From assembly GCF_029227855.1 (NCBI RefSeq), contig NZ_CP074356.1: DNA of 64,000 nucleotides; one strand, 5' to 3'. Position numbers and translations under genes: made by a program. How positions within the stretch are numbered: position 1 is the first letter of the stretch; every line of letters starts with the position of its first letter. This document shows positions 21,857-33,403 of this stretch, piece after piece. The notes below the pieces were generated by a model. It made no database searches and was not told where the DNA came from. It saw only the letters and a list, made by a program, of their open reading frames with translations. The DNA comes from Escherichia coli (lineage in GTDB: Bacteria > Pseudomonadota > Gammaproteobacteria > Enterobacterales > Enterobacteriaceae).

Positions 21857-21882
21857 AAAAAAAGCGCGACATCATGCCGCGC
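21857..21882 (-). terminator. narK rho-independent terminator
   Basis: On the minus strand GCGCGGCATGATGTCGCGC followed by UUUUUUU, ~25 nt after the narK stop. Confidence 0.6.
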
Positions 21883-21905
21883 AAAGGATAATCAAATATT
21901 AAGAT

Positions 21906-23297
21906 TTATTTTTTAGAATGCCGACCATATACCGCCCAAGTAATCACTACACAGGCGATATAGAAAATCAAAAATACTTTCATTGCGCCGACTGGCGAAC
22001 CCGTTAATGCCAGCGAGCTACCGAACGCTTTCGGGATAAAGAAGCCACCAATCGCGCCAATCGCAGAGATGAAACCCAGCGCCGCCGCCGTGTCGGTTGC
22101 TGCTTCACGCATCGCACGTTCGTCAGAACCCCCTTCTGCTTTCACGCGATCCATTGTCAGTTTACGGAAGATCACGGAAATCATCTGGAAAGTGGAACCA
22201 CTACCCAGCCCAGCTGTCAGGAACAGCGCCAGGAAGACTGCGAAGAACGCCATGAAGCTTCCGCCCTGTCCGTCAGTCGGTAAGGTCAGGAACAGCAGGC
22301 CGCTGAAAATTGCCATCAGAATAAAGTTCACCAGCGTGACACGAGTTCCGCCAAGACGGTCAGATAATGCACCACCTGCAGAACGCGCCAGCGCACCAAT
22401 AAACGGCCCGAAGAAAGCGTATTGCAGAATCTGAACATCCGGGAACTGCGTTTTTGACAGCATCGCAAAGCCCGCGGAGAAGCCGATGAAGGAGCCGAAG
22501 GTTGCCAGATACAGCAGGCTCATAATCCACAGATGACCCCGTTTGAGTACCGGCAACTGCTCCTTGATGGAGGCTTTCGAGGTAGCAAGATCGTTCATGC
22601 CAAACCACGCCGCAATGGTGAAGATGGCAAGGAACGGCACCCATACCCAGGACGCATTCGCCAGATACAGCTCAGTCCCATCCGGCTGTTTGACACCCTG
22701 GCTACCAAATACTGCGAAAATCGACAGTGATACCACCAGCGGAGCAACCAACTGCATGACGCTGACGCCCATGTTGCCCAGACCACCATTCAGACCCAGC
22801 GCGCCACCCTGCTTCTGTTTCGGAAAGAAGAAGCTGATGTTTGCCATACTGGAAGCGAAGTTCGCGCCAGCAAAGCCGCACAGTAGAGAGATGATGATGA
22901 AGACGCTATAAGGCGTGGAGGTATCCTGCACGGCAAAACCCAGCCAGACGCAAGGAATAATCAGAATACCGGTGCTGAACGCCGTCCAGCGACGACCACC
23001 GAAGATAGGAACCATAAAGGAGTATGGAACACGTAATAACGCGCCAGAAACCGAAGGCAGCGCAGTCAACATAAATAGCTGATCGGTCGTAAAATTAAAA
23101 CCGACTTTCGGTAAGTTCACCGCAACAGCGCTGAACAACATCCATACGCAAAACGCCAGCAGCAGACAGGGAACGGAAATCCACAGGTTGCGGCTGGCAA
23201 TACGTTGACCGCGTTGTTGCCAGAACGCAGGATCTTCCGGTCGCCAATCTGTAATGACAGCTCCAGTAGCCCTTTCGGGGGCGGATGAGTGACTCAT
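21906..23297 (-). CDS. narK: Nitrate/nitrite antiporter NarK (MFS)
   Basis: 463 aa from the second Met, MSHSSAPERATGAVITDWRPEDPAFW; ORF track version starts two codons earlier. Confidence 0.95.
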   Translation of the reverse strand: MSHSSAPERATGAVITDWRPEDPAFWQQRGQRIASRNLWISVPCLLLAFCVWMLFSAVAVNLPKVGFNFTTDQLFMLTALPSVSGALLRVPYSFMVPIFGGRRWTAFSTGILIIPCVWLGFAVQDTSTPYSVFIIISLLCGFAGANFASSMANISFFFPKQKQGGALGLNGGLGNMGVSVMQLVAPLVVSLSIFAVFGSQGVKQPDGTELYLANASWVWVPFLAIFTIAAWFGMNDLATSKASIKEQLPVLKRGHLWIMSLLYLATFGSFIGFSAGFAMLSKTQFPDVQILQYAFFGPFIGALARSAGGALSDRLGGTRVTLVNFILMAIFSGLLFLTLPTDGQGGSFMAFFAVFLALFLTAGLGSGSTFQMISVIFRKLTMDRVKAEGGSDERAMREAATDTAAALGFISAIGAIGGFFIPKAFGSSLALTGSPVGAMKVFLIFYIACVVITWAVYGRHSKK

Positions 23298-23356
23298 AGA
23301 CACCTCTGATACTCGTTTCGATGTCTGCCACCTTAGTGTCTGTAGCTAAAGGCAAT

Positions 23357-23370
23357 TTGATGTAAATCAA
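23357..23370. promoter_or_regulatory. FNR box in the narK promoter (TTGATgtaaATCAA)
   Basis: Perfect TTGAT-N4-ATCAA about 60 bp upstream of the narK start codon. Confidence 0.7.
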
Positions 23371-23635
23371 ACGATAAGATAACTTTATCTATCATTGATA
23401 TTTATCATTACCCATAGTGAGTACAGTGATTTCATAAAAATTATGAGATTTTTCACGGTGCTGTAAAATCCCTACCCTTACCGATGTAAAGCGACTAACC
23501 ACGCGGCAAATAAGGAGTAACTCTTTCCGGGTATGGGTATACTTCAGCCAATAGCCGAGAATACTGCCATTCCAGAATGTATCGCCACATTCATTAAGGT
23601 TATTGCTCATTTAAAGCCTGAAGGAAGAGGTTTAC

Positions 23636-25432
23636 ATGCTTAAACGTTGTCTCTCTCCGCTCACCCTGGTTAATCAGGTTGCGCTTATTGTGTTGCTTTC
23701 TACTGCTATTGGACTGGCAGGGATGGCAGTTTCTGGCTGGCTAGTGCAAGGCGTTCAGGGCAGCGCCCATGCGATCAACAAAGCGGGATCGCTGCGCATG
23801 CAAAGTTACCGTCTGTTGGCGGCAGTGCCATTAAGCGAGAAAGACAAGTCCTTAATTAAAGAGATGGAACAAACAGCATTTAGCGCCGAATTAACCCGAG
23901 CAGCAGAACGAGACGGACAACTGGCGCAATTACAGGGTTTACAAGATTACTGGCGTAATGAACTGATCCCTGCGCTGATGCGTGCACAAAACCGCGAAAC
24001 GGTGTCAGCGGATGTCAGCCAGTTTGTTGCCGGGCTTGATCAGCTGGTATCTGGTTTTGACCGCACCACGGAAATGCGTATTGAGACAGTGGTGCTGGTC
24101 CATCGGGTAATGGCGGTATTTATGGCACTTTTACTGGTGTTCACTATTATCTGGTTGCGGGCGCGATTGCTACAACCGTGGCGGCAACTGCTGGCAATGG
24201 CGAGTGCCGTCAGCCATCGCGATTTTACCCAACGCGCGAACATCAGCGGGCGCAACGAAATGGCGATGCTTGGAACTGCGTTGAACAATATGTCTGCAGA
24301 ACTGGCCGAAAGTTATGCCATACTTGAGCAGCGGGTTCAGGAGAAAACCGCCGGGCTGGAGCATAAAAATCAGATCCTCTCTTTTTTATGGCAGGCCAAC
24401 CGCCGATTGCATTCCCGCGCCCCGCTGTGTGAACGCCTGTCACCTGTACTCAACGGCTTACAGAATTTGACCCTGCTACGTGATATTGAACTGCGGGTGT
24501 ATGACACTGATGATGAAGAGAATCATCAGGAGTTTACCTGCCAGCCAGATATGACTTGTGATGATAAAGGCTGCCAGCTCTGCCCGCGCGGCGTATTACC
24601 CGTTGGCGATCGCGGCACAACCCTGAAGTGGCGGCTGGCTGACTCTCATACGCAGTACGGTATTTTGCTGGCGACCCTGCCGCAGGGGCGTCATCTTAGC
24701 CATGATCAACAACAACTGGTGGATACCCTGGTTGAACAACTCACCGCCACGCTGGCGTTGGATCGCCATCAGGAACGTCAGCAACAGTTGATCGTGATGG
24801 AAGAGCGTGCCACCATTGCGCGCGAACTGCATGATTCTATTGCCCAATCTCTCTCTTGCATGAAGATGCAGGTGAGTTGTTTACAGATGCAGGGCGATGC
24901 GCTGCCAGAAAGCAGTCGCGAACTGTTAAGTCAGATCCGTAACGAACTGAATGCATCCTGGGCGCAGTTGCGTGAATTGCTCACCACATTCCGTTTGCAG
25001 CTCACCGAGCCTGGATTACGTCCGGCGCTGGAGGCGAGTTGCGAAGAGTACAGCGCCAAATTTGGCTTCCCGGTGAAGCTGAATTATCAATTGCCGCCTC
25101 GTCTGGTGCCTTCGCATCAGGCAATCCACTTGTTGCAAATTGCCCGTGAGGCATTAAGTAACGCCCTCAAACATTCGCAAGCGAGTGAAGTCGTGGTGAC
25201 GGTGGCGCAAAACGATAATCAGGTCAAACTGACCGTCCAGGATAACGGCTGCGGCGTGCCTGAAAATGCCATCCGCAGCAATCACTACGGCATGATAATA
25301 ATGCGCGACCGTGCGCAAAGTTTACGAGGCGATTGCCGCGTCCGCCGTCGTGAATCAGGTGGCACCGAAGTGGTGGTCACCTTTATTCCCGAAAAAACTT
25401 TCACAGACGTCCAAGGAGATACCCATGAGTAA
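23636..25432 (+). CDS. narX: Nitrate/nitrite sensor histidine kinase NarX
   Basis: 598 aa ORF with two TM segments, P-box, and a histidine kinase core ([11 protein letters not shown]). Confidence 0.96.
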
Positions 25433-26075
25433 TCAGGAACCGGCTACTATCCTGCTGATCGACGATCACCCGATGCTGCGAACTGGCGTAAAACAGCTTA
25501 TCAGTATGGCACCAGATATCACCGTGGTTGGCGAAGCGAGTAATGGCGAACAGGGTATTGAACTGGCGGAATCTCTTGATCCCGATTTGATCCTGTTAGA
25601 TCTCAATATGCCCGGCATGAACGGTCTGGAAACGCTGGATAAACTGCGCGAAAAGTCCCTCTCCGGGCGCATTGTGGTATTCAGCGTTTCTAACCATGAA
25701 GAAGATGTGGTCACCGCACTGAAACGCGGCGCGGATGGCTATCTGTTAAAAGATATGGAACCGGAAGATCTGCTGAAAGCGTTACATCAGGCAGCTGCTG
25801 GCGAAATGGTATTAAGCGAAGCATTAACGCCTGTTCTGGCCGCCAGCTTGCGTGCTAACCGTGCCACTACTGAGCGCGATGTTAACCAGTTAACCCCACG
25901 CGAGCGCGATATTCTCAAGCTGATTGCCCAGGGTTTGCCGAACAAGATGATTGCCCGCCGCCTGGACATCACCGAAAGCACAGTAAAAGTGCACGTCAAG
26001 CACATGCTGAAGAAAATGAAGCTCAAGTCTCGCGTGGAAGCAGCGGTATGGGTGCATCAGGAGCGCATTTTCTGA
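25425..26075 (+). CDS. narL: Nitrate/nitrite response regulator NarL
   Basis: 216 aa from ATG at 25425 ([21 protein letters not shown]...), overlaps narX stop; LuxR-type HTH C-terminus. Confidence 0.96.
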
Positions 26076-27506
26076 TTACGGTTCCCAGCGCAGTTCGTCG
26101 TTTGACAATGCATCGAACGGTTCGACAAGCGTTAGCGTGATCTCATTGGAGGAGACACGCTGCCCCTGGTTATCTTCCACCACCACCGACAATCGCCAGT
26201 GATTGCTCGCCCCTTCCCCGTTCTGCCAGTCAGGCATGATCAGCGTCCAGCCCTCCACGCTGTTGGCTTGTGCGCCCGGCGTCAAACTTAATATCTGCGT
26301 ATCGCCCTGCCAAATCAGTTGCCGAATACCGTAACGACTGCGGATTTGTAATTTCAGCGGCACTGTTTCGCCAGGTTTTAGATCCCACGGAGGTGTCGCC
26401 AGAAACACCGTTAACGTTTTTCGCTGTCGGTACTCAAGAGTCGGTAGATTATTTCGCTGCGGATTGTCATAGCGACTACCACGTAACGACTGACTTTCGG
26501 CAACCTCGCCCGCAGAAAGTTGTTTTTTGAGCGGTACACCAAAGCGGTAATTAAGACTCAGCCCGAGGTTATTTTGATTTTCGCCACTTTCACCCTGTTT
26601 ATGCTGGGCCGTCACAGTGACTAATGGCACTGGGGTGTAATTTAATCCCAGACTCAACGCGACGGGATTGTGATAACCCGTACCAGAGTTAAACAAATCA
26701 ACACGATCACCAAAATACTGTTCTACGCTGACACTGGTATTGAGGTGTTGATAGAACGGCATGCGCATCCGGGCTGTCAGGTCGTACCCGCGCGCCATCC
26801 GTTGTTCCTGCGTGGCTGTCTGTTCGTGCCATGCAGCAAACGGCTGGTAAAAGTTTGCCGATAGTCGCAAATATTCGCCCCACGCTTCGGCACCAAAGCC
26901 CGCTCGCTGAAGATTTTCGTCCAGCAAGTAGTCATAAAAAGTGTTATAACCCACCAGCCAGCTGCCGCGCGCCCAGCGTTGCCCAACGCCCACATTGCTC
27001 ACCAACCCATCATCCTGCTGAGTAAGACCCAGCTGGCTCCAGGTGAGATAACGATCATTATCTTGTAACGGCACAAACCAGCTTCCACGACTGCCGGTGA
27101 AATGTCCTTCGTTATCCAGTTTGACGTCAACACTGGCATTTCCCCACGGTGATAGCCAGGATTCTACGTGCTGATTAACCTGTTGACTAAGCGCATCGCG
27201 GACTTTTCCCAATGCGAAAGCTTTTGCCTGCTCGCCAGTATCCAGCCCGTTATCATTCATACTGGTTTCGCCGAAATCTTTCACAATTTCAGCAAAGTGT
27301 TTTTCCCCATCATGATTTTCAGGTGCCATGCCTAAATCCGGCAGACCATCATTGTTATTATCAAAGGGATTTGCCGCTTTTTGCTCGAAGGTAGATTGTG
27401 CGTTAGCTGTACCGCCTGCCGCCAGTAAGAGTAAATAAAACGGAATAATGCGAGGAACGAAACGGCTCAAAACGTCGGTAACTTCCGGTAAAAAATGAAA
27501 AACCAT
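26076..27506 (-). CDS. ychO: Invasin/intimin-family (inverse autotransporter-like) protein YchO
   Basis: 476 aa ORF in the conserved position after narL; N-terminal start uncertain. Confidence 0.8.
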   Translation of the reverse strand: MVFHFLPEVTDVLSRFVPRIIPFYLLLLAAGGTANAQSTFEQKAANPFDNNNDGLPDLGMAPENHDGEKHFAEIVKDFGETSMNDNGLDTGEQAKAFALGKVRDALSQQVNQHVESWLSPWGNASVDVKLDNEGHFTGSRGSWFVPLQDNDRYLTWSQLGLTQQDDGLVSNVGVGQRWARGSWLVGYNTFYDYLLDENLQRAGFGAEAWGEYLRLSANFYQPFAAWHEQTATQEQRMARGYDLTARMRMPFYQHLNTSVSVEQYFGDRVDLFNSGTGYHNPVALSLGLNYTPVPLVTVTAQHKQGESGENQNNLGLSLNYRFGVPLKKQLSAGEVAESQSLRGSRYDNPQRNNLPTLEYRQRKTLTVFLATPPWDLKPGETVPLKLQIRSRYGIRQLIWQGDTQILSLTPGAQANSVEGWTLIMPDWQNGEGASNHWRLSVVVEDNQGQRVSSNEITLTLVEPFDALSNDELRWEP

Positions 27507-27534
27507 AGCCCTAAAGAATAACGATTACTGGCAA

Positions 27535-27638
<104 letters not shown>

Positions 27639-27655
27639 GAATACAGGAGTAAATA

Positions 27656-28009
27656 ATGCAAAAAATCGTGATCGTTGCCAATGGCGCACCTTACGGGAGC
27701 GAATCCTTGTTTAACAGCTTGCGGCTGGCCATTGCGTTACGAGAGCAGGAGAACAATCTGGATCTGCGTCTGTTCCTGATGTCTGATGCGGTCACAGCCG
27801 GGTTGCGCGGGCAAAAACCAGGGGAAGGCTACAACATTCAGCAAATGCTGGAGATCCTTACCGCTCAGAATGTACCGGTGAAATTGTGCAAAACCTGTAC
27901 CGACGGGCGCGGGATTAGCACACTTCCTCTGATTGATGGGGTGGAAATCGGTACTCTTGTGGAACTGGCGCAATGGACGCTGTCAGCCGATAAAGTGCTC
28001 ACATTTTAA
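27656..28009 (+). CDS. ychN: DsrE/DsrF-like protein YchN
   Basis: 117 aa ORF MQKIVIVANGAPYGSESLFNSLRLAIAL. Confidence 0.92.
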   Translation: MQKIVIVANGAPYGSESLFNSLRLAIALREQENNLDLRLFLMSDAVTAGLRGQKPGEGYNIQQMLEILTAQNVPVKLCKTCTDGRGISTLPLIDGVEIGTLVELAQWTLSADKVLTF

Positions 28010-28052
28010 TGTTTGAGGGGGCGTCTGACGCCCCACTATGAGGGAAGTTTAC

Positions 28053-28748
28053 TCAGGCGAATCCCGGCCGTAACACACCATCCGGATAATTCTCCGCCAG
28101 CAGTTTTTTTACCGATACCAGCAAATCATTCAGCCCATCGTCCTGCATTCCCAGTTTGATAAGCTCCTGTTCCAGTGAAAACAGGTATTGTGCGTTGGTT
28201 CCCAGTGGACCGCTCGCCGCCGCAATCAACGGCGCGATGACCTGAGCGCGAGTGTCAGATTCATATTCTGGATGTCGCGGGTCCATAATAAACACAATGG
28301 CGTTTACTGTGCGTCCATCATCAAGATCAAGCTGACACCAGGTTGGCAGATAACAGCCGGTAATCATCTCGCGCTTCCACAACAGGGTTAGTTCCTGCTC
28401 CAGCGTCTCTTCTGGCAGTCGATAGGCGACGCCTGAGGTGCGTCCGCCCTCTTTCAGTGCAAGCATCCGTCCCGGCTGGTGCGCAGTCCCGCGCCCGGCG
28501 GTCAGGCGCAGGCAAAACGCGCGATGCCATCCAACCAGTGTACCGGTGCACGACTCGGTAAACTCCAGTGCCGGATTCCACATCAACGATCCATAACCGA
28601 AGATCCACACCGGTCCCTCATCAGGTCGACAAGCCAGCGTCGCCGCCAGCGAAGCCGCCCGTTGCTCTGCTGACCATAAGAGTGATTCTTCAATGGCACC
28701 AAATGCCGTTTTACAATCGGCATTCATCAAGAAATCACGCGTTATCAC
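28053..28748 (-). CDS. chaC: Glutathione-specific gamma-glutamylcyclotransferase ChaC
   Basis: 231 aa from GTG at 28746-28748 (MITRDFLMNADCK...) with GGAGG SD; ORF track version has a 12-codon N-terminal extension. Confidence 0.9.
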   Translation of the reverse strand: MITRDFLMNADCKTAFGAIEESLLWSAEQRAASLAATLACRPDEGPVWIFGYGSLMWNPALEFTESCTGTLVGWHRAFCLRLTAGRGTAHQPGRMLALKEGGRTSGVAYRLPEETLEQELTLLWKREMITGCYLPTWCQLDLDDGRTVNAIVFIMDPRHPEYESDTRAQVIAPLIAAASGPLGTNAQYLFSLEQELIKLGMQDDGLNDLLVSVKKLLAENYPDGVLRPGFA

Positions 28749-28905
28749 CTTACACCTCCGCCACTGCATACTTCCCTGCGACAACTTTTTGGTGTCTTCC
28801 GGACATTTTTACTGCTCATTTTGAAACCACTAACGGGACAATATGCAATCCACGGACCACTTGCAAGGCAACACCGCACGAATAGCTTTAACTAAGCTAC
28901 CGGTT

Positions 28906-29136
28906 TTACGATTTTTTATGCCATTTATCATCATCCCCTTTGGCATATTCATGCTTCACAGCAGCCCAGGCCACTTTATGCGCGGTTTCTTCGCGACTGG
29001 CGTCATCACGCCGATCTTCTTTATCTTTATATTGATCCCATGCGCTGTTGAACGCTTCTTTATAGATATCCTGAGCATGAGACGGTAGCACGTGCTTTAC
29101 GCTTTCCGGCAGATCGCTTTTCGTTTTATACGGCAT
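28906..29136 (-). CDS. chaB: Cation transport regulator ChaB
   Basis: 76 aa ORF MPYKTKSDLPESVKHVLPSHAQDIYKEAFNSAWDQYKDK. Confidence 0.93.
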   Translation of the reverse strand: MPYKTKSDLPESVKHVLPSHAQDIYKEAFNSAWDQYKDKEDRRDDASREETAHKVAWAAVKHEYAKGDDDKWHKKS

Positions 29137-29405
29137 CGTTGACTCCTTTTACAAAGTTGAACATTAAGTGTGGTCAACAATATCCACTCTTGCCAAAACA
29201 TAAGAATTTTCATGTCAGACTCTTCTTAAGAAACGCTAAAACAAACATTGTCTAAACGCATTGCTTATTTTTATGGCCCGATGAGTAAAAAATCGACAGC
29301 GGGGTAAAAATTCGTAAAATGTTACCGATATCCAGACACTTTCTGTTATTTTTCCTACCTATTTTTTACATTTTCGATAAATTCATCTGCAAAGGGATAA
29401 CCATA

Positions 29406-30506
29406 ATGTCAAATGCTCAAGAGGCGGTAAAAACCCGCCACAAGGAGACTTCGCTTATTTTCCCGGTTCTGGCGCTGGTAGTGCTGTTCCTGTGGGGAAG
29501 CAGCCAGACACTACCAGTGGTCATTGGCATCAATCTTCTTGCTCTTATTGGTATTTTAAGTAGCGCCTTTAGTGTTGTCCGTCATGCGGACGTATTAGCC
29601 CATCGCCTGGGAGAACCTTACGGTTCGCTTATTCTTAGCCTTTCAGTGGTTATTCTTGAAGTCAGTTTGATTTCAGCTTTAATGGCAACCGGCGATGCAG
29701 CGCCAACGCTAATGCGTGATACGCTCTATTCAATCATTATGATTGTTACCGGTGGGCTGGTTGGCTTTTCATTATTGTTGGGCGGACGCAAGTTTGCCAC
29801 CCAATATATGAATCTGTTTGGTATCAAGCAGTATTTAATTGCGCTGTTCCCCCTGGCGATAATCGTACTGGTATTTCCAATGGCTCTGCCTGCGGCGAAT
29901 TTTTCAACCGGTCAGGCGTTACTGGTAGCATTAATTTCTGCGGCAATGTATGGCGTATTTTTGCTGATCCAGACCAAAACGCATCAAAGTTTATTTGTCT
30001 ACGAGCACGAAGATGACAGTGATGATGACGACCCGCACCACGGTAAACCGTCTGCCCATAGCAGCCTTTGGCATGCTATCTGGTTGATTGTCCATCTGAT
30101 TGCCGTTATTGCAGTCACCAAAATGAACGCCAGCCCGCTGGAGACATTGCTCGACAGCATGAATGCCCCTGTCGCCTTTACTGGCTTCCTGGTGGCTCTG
30201 TTGATTCTGTCGCCGGAAGGTTTAGGTGCGTTAAAAGCAGTGTTGAACAACCAGGTCCAGCGCGCGATGAATCTGTTCTTTGGTTCAGTGTTAGCAACCA
30301 TTTCGCTTACCGTACCTGTCGTCACGCTAATTGCCTTTATGACGGGTAACGAATTGCAGTTTGCACTTGGTGCGCCAGAAATGGTAGTGATGGTGGCCTC
30401 TTTAGTGCTGTGCCATATCTCCTTCTCCACCGGACGTACTAACGTGCTCAATGGCGCAGCGCATCTGGCACTGTTTGCCGCCTATTTGATGACGATATTT
30501 GCCTGA
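29406..30506 (+). CDS. chaA: Ca2+/H+ (Na+/H+) antiporter ChaA
   Basis: 366 aa from ATG at 29406 (MSNAQEAVKTRHKETSLIFPVLALVVLFLWG); acidic DDSDDDD loop. Confidence 0.94.
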   Translation: MSNAQEAVKTRHKETSLIFPVLALVVLFLWGSSQTLPVVIGINLLALIGILSSAFSVVRHADVLAHRLGEPYGSLILSLSVVILEVSLISALMATGDAAPTLMRDTLYSIIMIVTGGLVGFSLLLGGRKFATQYMNLFGIKQYLIALFPLAIIVLVFPMALPAANFSTGQALLVALISAAMYGVFLLIQTKTHQSLFVYEHEDDSDDDDPHHGKPSAHSSLWHAIWLIVHLIAVIAVTKMNASPLETLLDSMNAPVAFTGFLVALLILSPEGLGALKAVLNNQVQRAMNLFFGSVLATISLTVPVVTLIAFMTGNELQFALGAPEMVVMVASLVLCHISFSTGRTNVLNGAAHLALFAAYLMTIFA

Positions 30507-30796
30507 CAGTTATATCTCCTCCGATGACAGAAATCGGGGGAGATAATATAAATTCCTGCTTATTGTATTTCTTCATACTACCTGAACAGGTTGTTAATCA
30601 GAATTGCGAGCCTGTACCAGAACCTGCACGAAACCACTGCAACAGCTGTTGAAAAGCCGGAATGTACTCTTTATTGCAAACATTTCAGGGATGAAGTGAA
30701 GATGAATTGAGACGTAGTATCCACACCAAGCCGGCGTTATCCGGTGAGGCGCAATGTTGCGGGGGCTTTATCCCTGGTGGCATTGGTTGCTGGAAA

Positions 30797-30862
30797 GAGA
30801 AAACCCCCGCACGTTGAGAGGTAAAACCTGACAACAGAACGGGGGCTAATCTTGAACCATCA
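30797..30862 (-). ncRNA. rdl: Rdl antisense RNA (type I antitoxin), approximate coordinates
   Basis: Minus-strand hairpin-rich segment ending in CGGGGGUUUUCUCUUU terminator, antisense to the ldr 5' leader; position by analogy with known LDR architecture. Confidence 0.45.
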
Positions 30863-30911
30863 ACAATTCAAGAATAGCCGCAAAATGTTGTCATTACAAC
30901 AAGGCGGCTAT

Positions 30912-31019
30912 ATGACGCTCGCGCAGTTTGCCATGATTTTCTGGCACGACCTGGCAGCACCGATCCTGGCGGGAATTATTACCGCAGCGATTGTCAGCTG
31001 GTGGCGTAACCGGAAGTAA
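30912..31019 (+). CDS. ldr: Ldr type I toxin peptide (35 aa)
   Basis: MTLAQFAMIFWHDLAAPILAGIITAAIVSWWRNRK. Confidence 0.9.
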   Translation: MTLAQFAMIFWHDLAAPILAGIITAAIVSWWRNRK

Positions 31020-31332
31020 GGTGAAAACGGGCGTCAGGCTGCCGTGATGGCAATATGCGCCCGAAACCGGCCGCAGGTGTAACAGCCTGCGGCCTTTTTT
31101 GTCTTTATCTCTTCCACAAGTAAATATTGGCAACCCGAGCTGGAAGCATCATCCAGAGCACTCATGAAACGACTGTAACAGCTGTTGAAAAACCGGAATG
31201 CACTCTTCATTGCATACATTTCAGGGATGAAGTGAAGATGAATTGAGTCGTAGTATCCACACCAAGCCGGCGTTATCCGGTGAGGCGCAATGTTGCGGGG
31301 GCTCTATCCCTGGTGGCATTGGTTGCTGGAAA

Positions 31333-31398
31333 GAGAAAACCCCCGCACGTTGAGAGGTATAACCTGACAACAGAACGGGGGCTAATCTTGAACCAGAA
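31333..31398 (-). ncRNA. rdl: Rdl antisense RNA copy 2, approximate coordinates
   Basis: Same segment as in unit 1, ~535 bp downstream. Confidence 0.45.
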
Positions 31399-31445
31399 CA
31401 ATTCAAAATAGCCGCAAAATGTTGTCATTACAACAAGGCGGCTAT

Positions 31446-31553
31446 ATGACGCTCACGCAGTTTGCCATGACTTTCTGGCACGACCTGGCAGCACCGATCC
31501 TGGCGGGAATTATTACCGCAGCGATTGTCAGCTGGTGGCGTAACCGGAAGTAA
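31446..31553 (+). CDS. ldr: Ldr type I toxin peptide (35 aa), variant copy
   Basis: MTLTQFAMTFWHDLAAPILAGIITAAIVSWWRNRK (A4T and I9T relative to copy 1). Confidence 0.9.
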   Translation: MTLTQFAMTFWHDLAAPILAGIITAAIVSWWRNRK

Positions 31554-31700
31554 GGTGAAAACGGGCGTCAGGCTGCCGTGATGGCAATATGCGCCCGAAA
31601 CCGGCCGCAGGAGTAACAGCCTGCGGCCTTTTTTGTATCCGGCCCCATGAAAAAAGCCTTAACGCAGAACGCTAAGGCTTTAGTTTTCAAGCAAAAAAGA

Positions 31701-32564
<864 letters not shown>

Positions 32565-32590
32565 TTAATCTTGAGTAAAATGTCGATTAA

Positions 32591-33400
32591 TTAATGCAGC
32601 ACAATATGTTTATGCGCGATGTTATTTATTTGCGCACGGATCATTTCGCTGATCGGGTCTTCCGGACACTGTTCAACGAAATAACTTAAATCGTTCAACG
32701 CAACGTGTTCGCAATCCAGTTGCGCATAAATCAACCCGCGATCGCGAATTTCATAGGGATCTTCCGGGTTGAATTGTAATAAAGCTTCGCTGGTGCGTAA
32801 CGCCAGCTCCATCTGATTTTCTTCCATCAACGAAGCTTTGAGTGTATCCAGCAATTTGCGGATTACCTCAATGTTATCAGCTTCATCAAGGTCTTCATAA
32901 AACAGTTCCGCCGACGGGCTGATATTTCCCTTTAACCATACATCCAGCATATGTTCGCTTAACGATTCACCGTTAAAAGGATTAATCAGCCAAATTTCGC
33001 CATCCGGACATTCAATGCGCAATATCAGCTGCGTCGGGAAAATCACCGGCAATAGCGGCAAATCGAGACGATTCGCGACCCATAATAAAACGGCACCTAA
33101 TGATACCGCACTGCCCTGTCGATTCTTTAACACCTGGTCCAGCCATAATGCATCGGAAAGGCGATAAACGCCGCGTGAGGCTTTAAATCCCCAGTCGCCG
33201 TAAAACAGCGCGATCAGTTTTTCCAACTGCTCTTCTAAAGGCAGAAGCTGGCTGATTTCTTCCTTCGCCAGACTAACGAGACGCTCCAGTTCGTCGTAAA
33301 CATTTTGCGAGGGAAAATCGCGGCGGATTGCTTCGCAAGCCAGGATCATGCCTTCGCACAATGGCGCTTTATTAAATTCGAAATCAGCTAACGATCTCAT
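32591..33400 (-). CDS. sirB1: Transglutaminase-like/TPR protein SirB1 (YchA)
   Basis: 269 aa ORF in the conserved kdsA-sirB-prmC-prfA-hemA order. Confidence 0.85.
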   Translation of the reverse strand: MRSLADFEFNKAPLCEGMILACEAIRRDFPSQNVYDELERLVSLAKEEISQLLPLEEQLEKLIALFYGDWGFKASRGVYRLSDALWLDQVLKNRQGSAVSLGAVLLWVANRLDLPLLPVIFPTQLILRIECPDGEIWLINPFNGESLSEHMLDVWLKGNISPSAELFYEDLDEADNIEVIRKLLDTLKASLMEENQMELALRTSEALLQFNPEDPYEIRDRGLIYAQLDCEHVALNDLSYFVEQCPEDPISEMIRAQINNIAHKHIVLH

Positions 33401-33403
33401 GAC

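Larger units (their letters stand above)
30620..31098 (+). repeat. LDR (long direct repeat) unit 1 carrying an ldr toxin / rdl antisense pair
   Basis: ~480 bp unit repeated ~535 bp downstream at high identity; ends in a terminator hairpin CCGCAGGTGTAACAGCCTGCGG plus T-run. Confidence 0.85.
31160..31633 (+). repeat. LDR unit 2
   Basis: Second copy of the LDR unit with scattered substitutions and small indels relative to unit 1. Confidence 0.85.
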
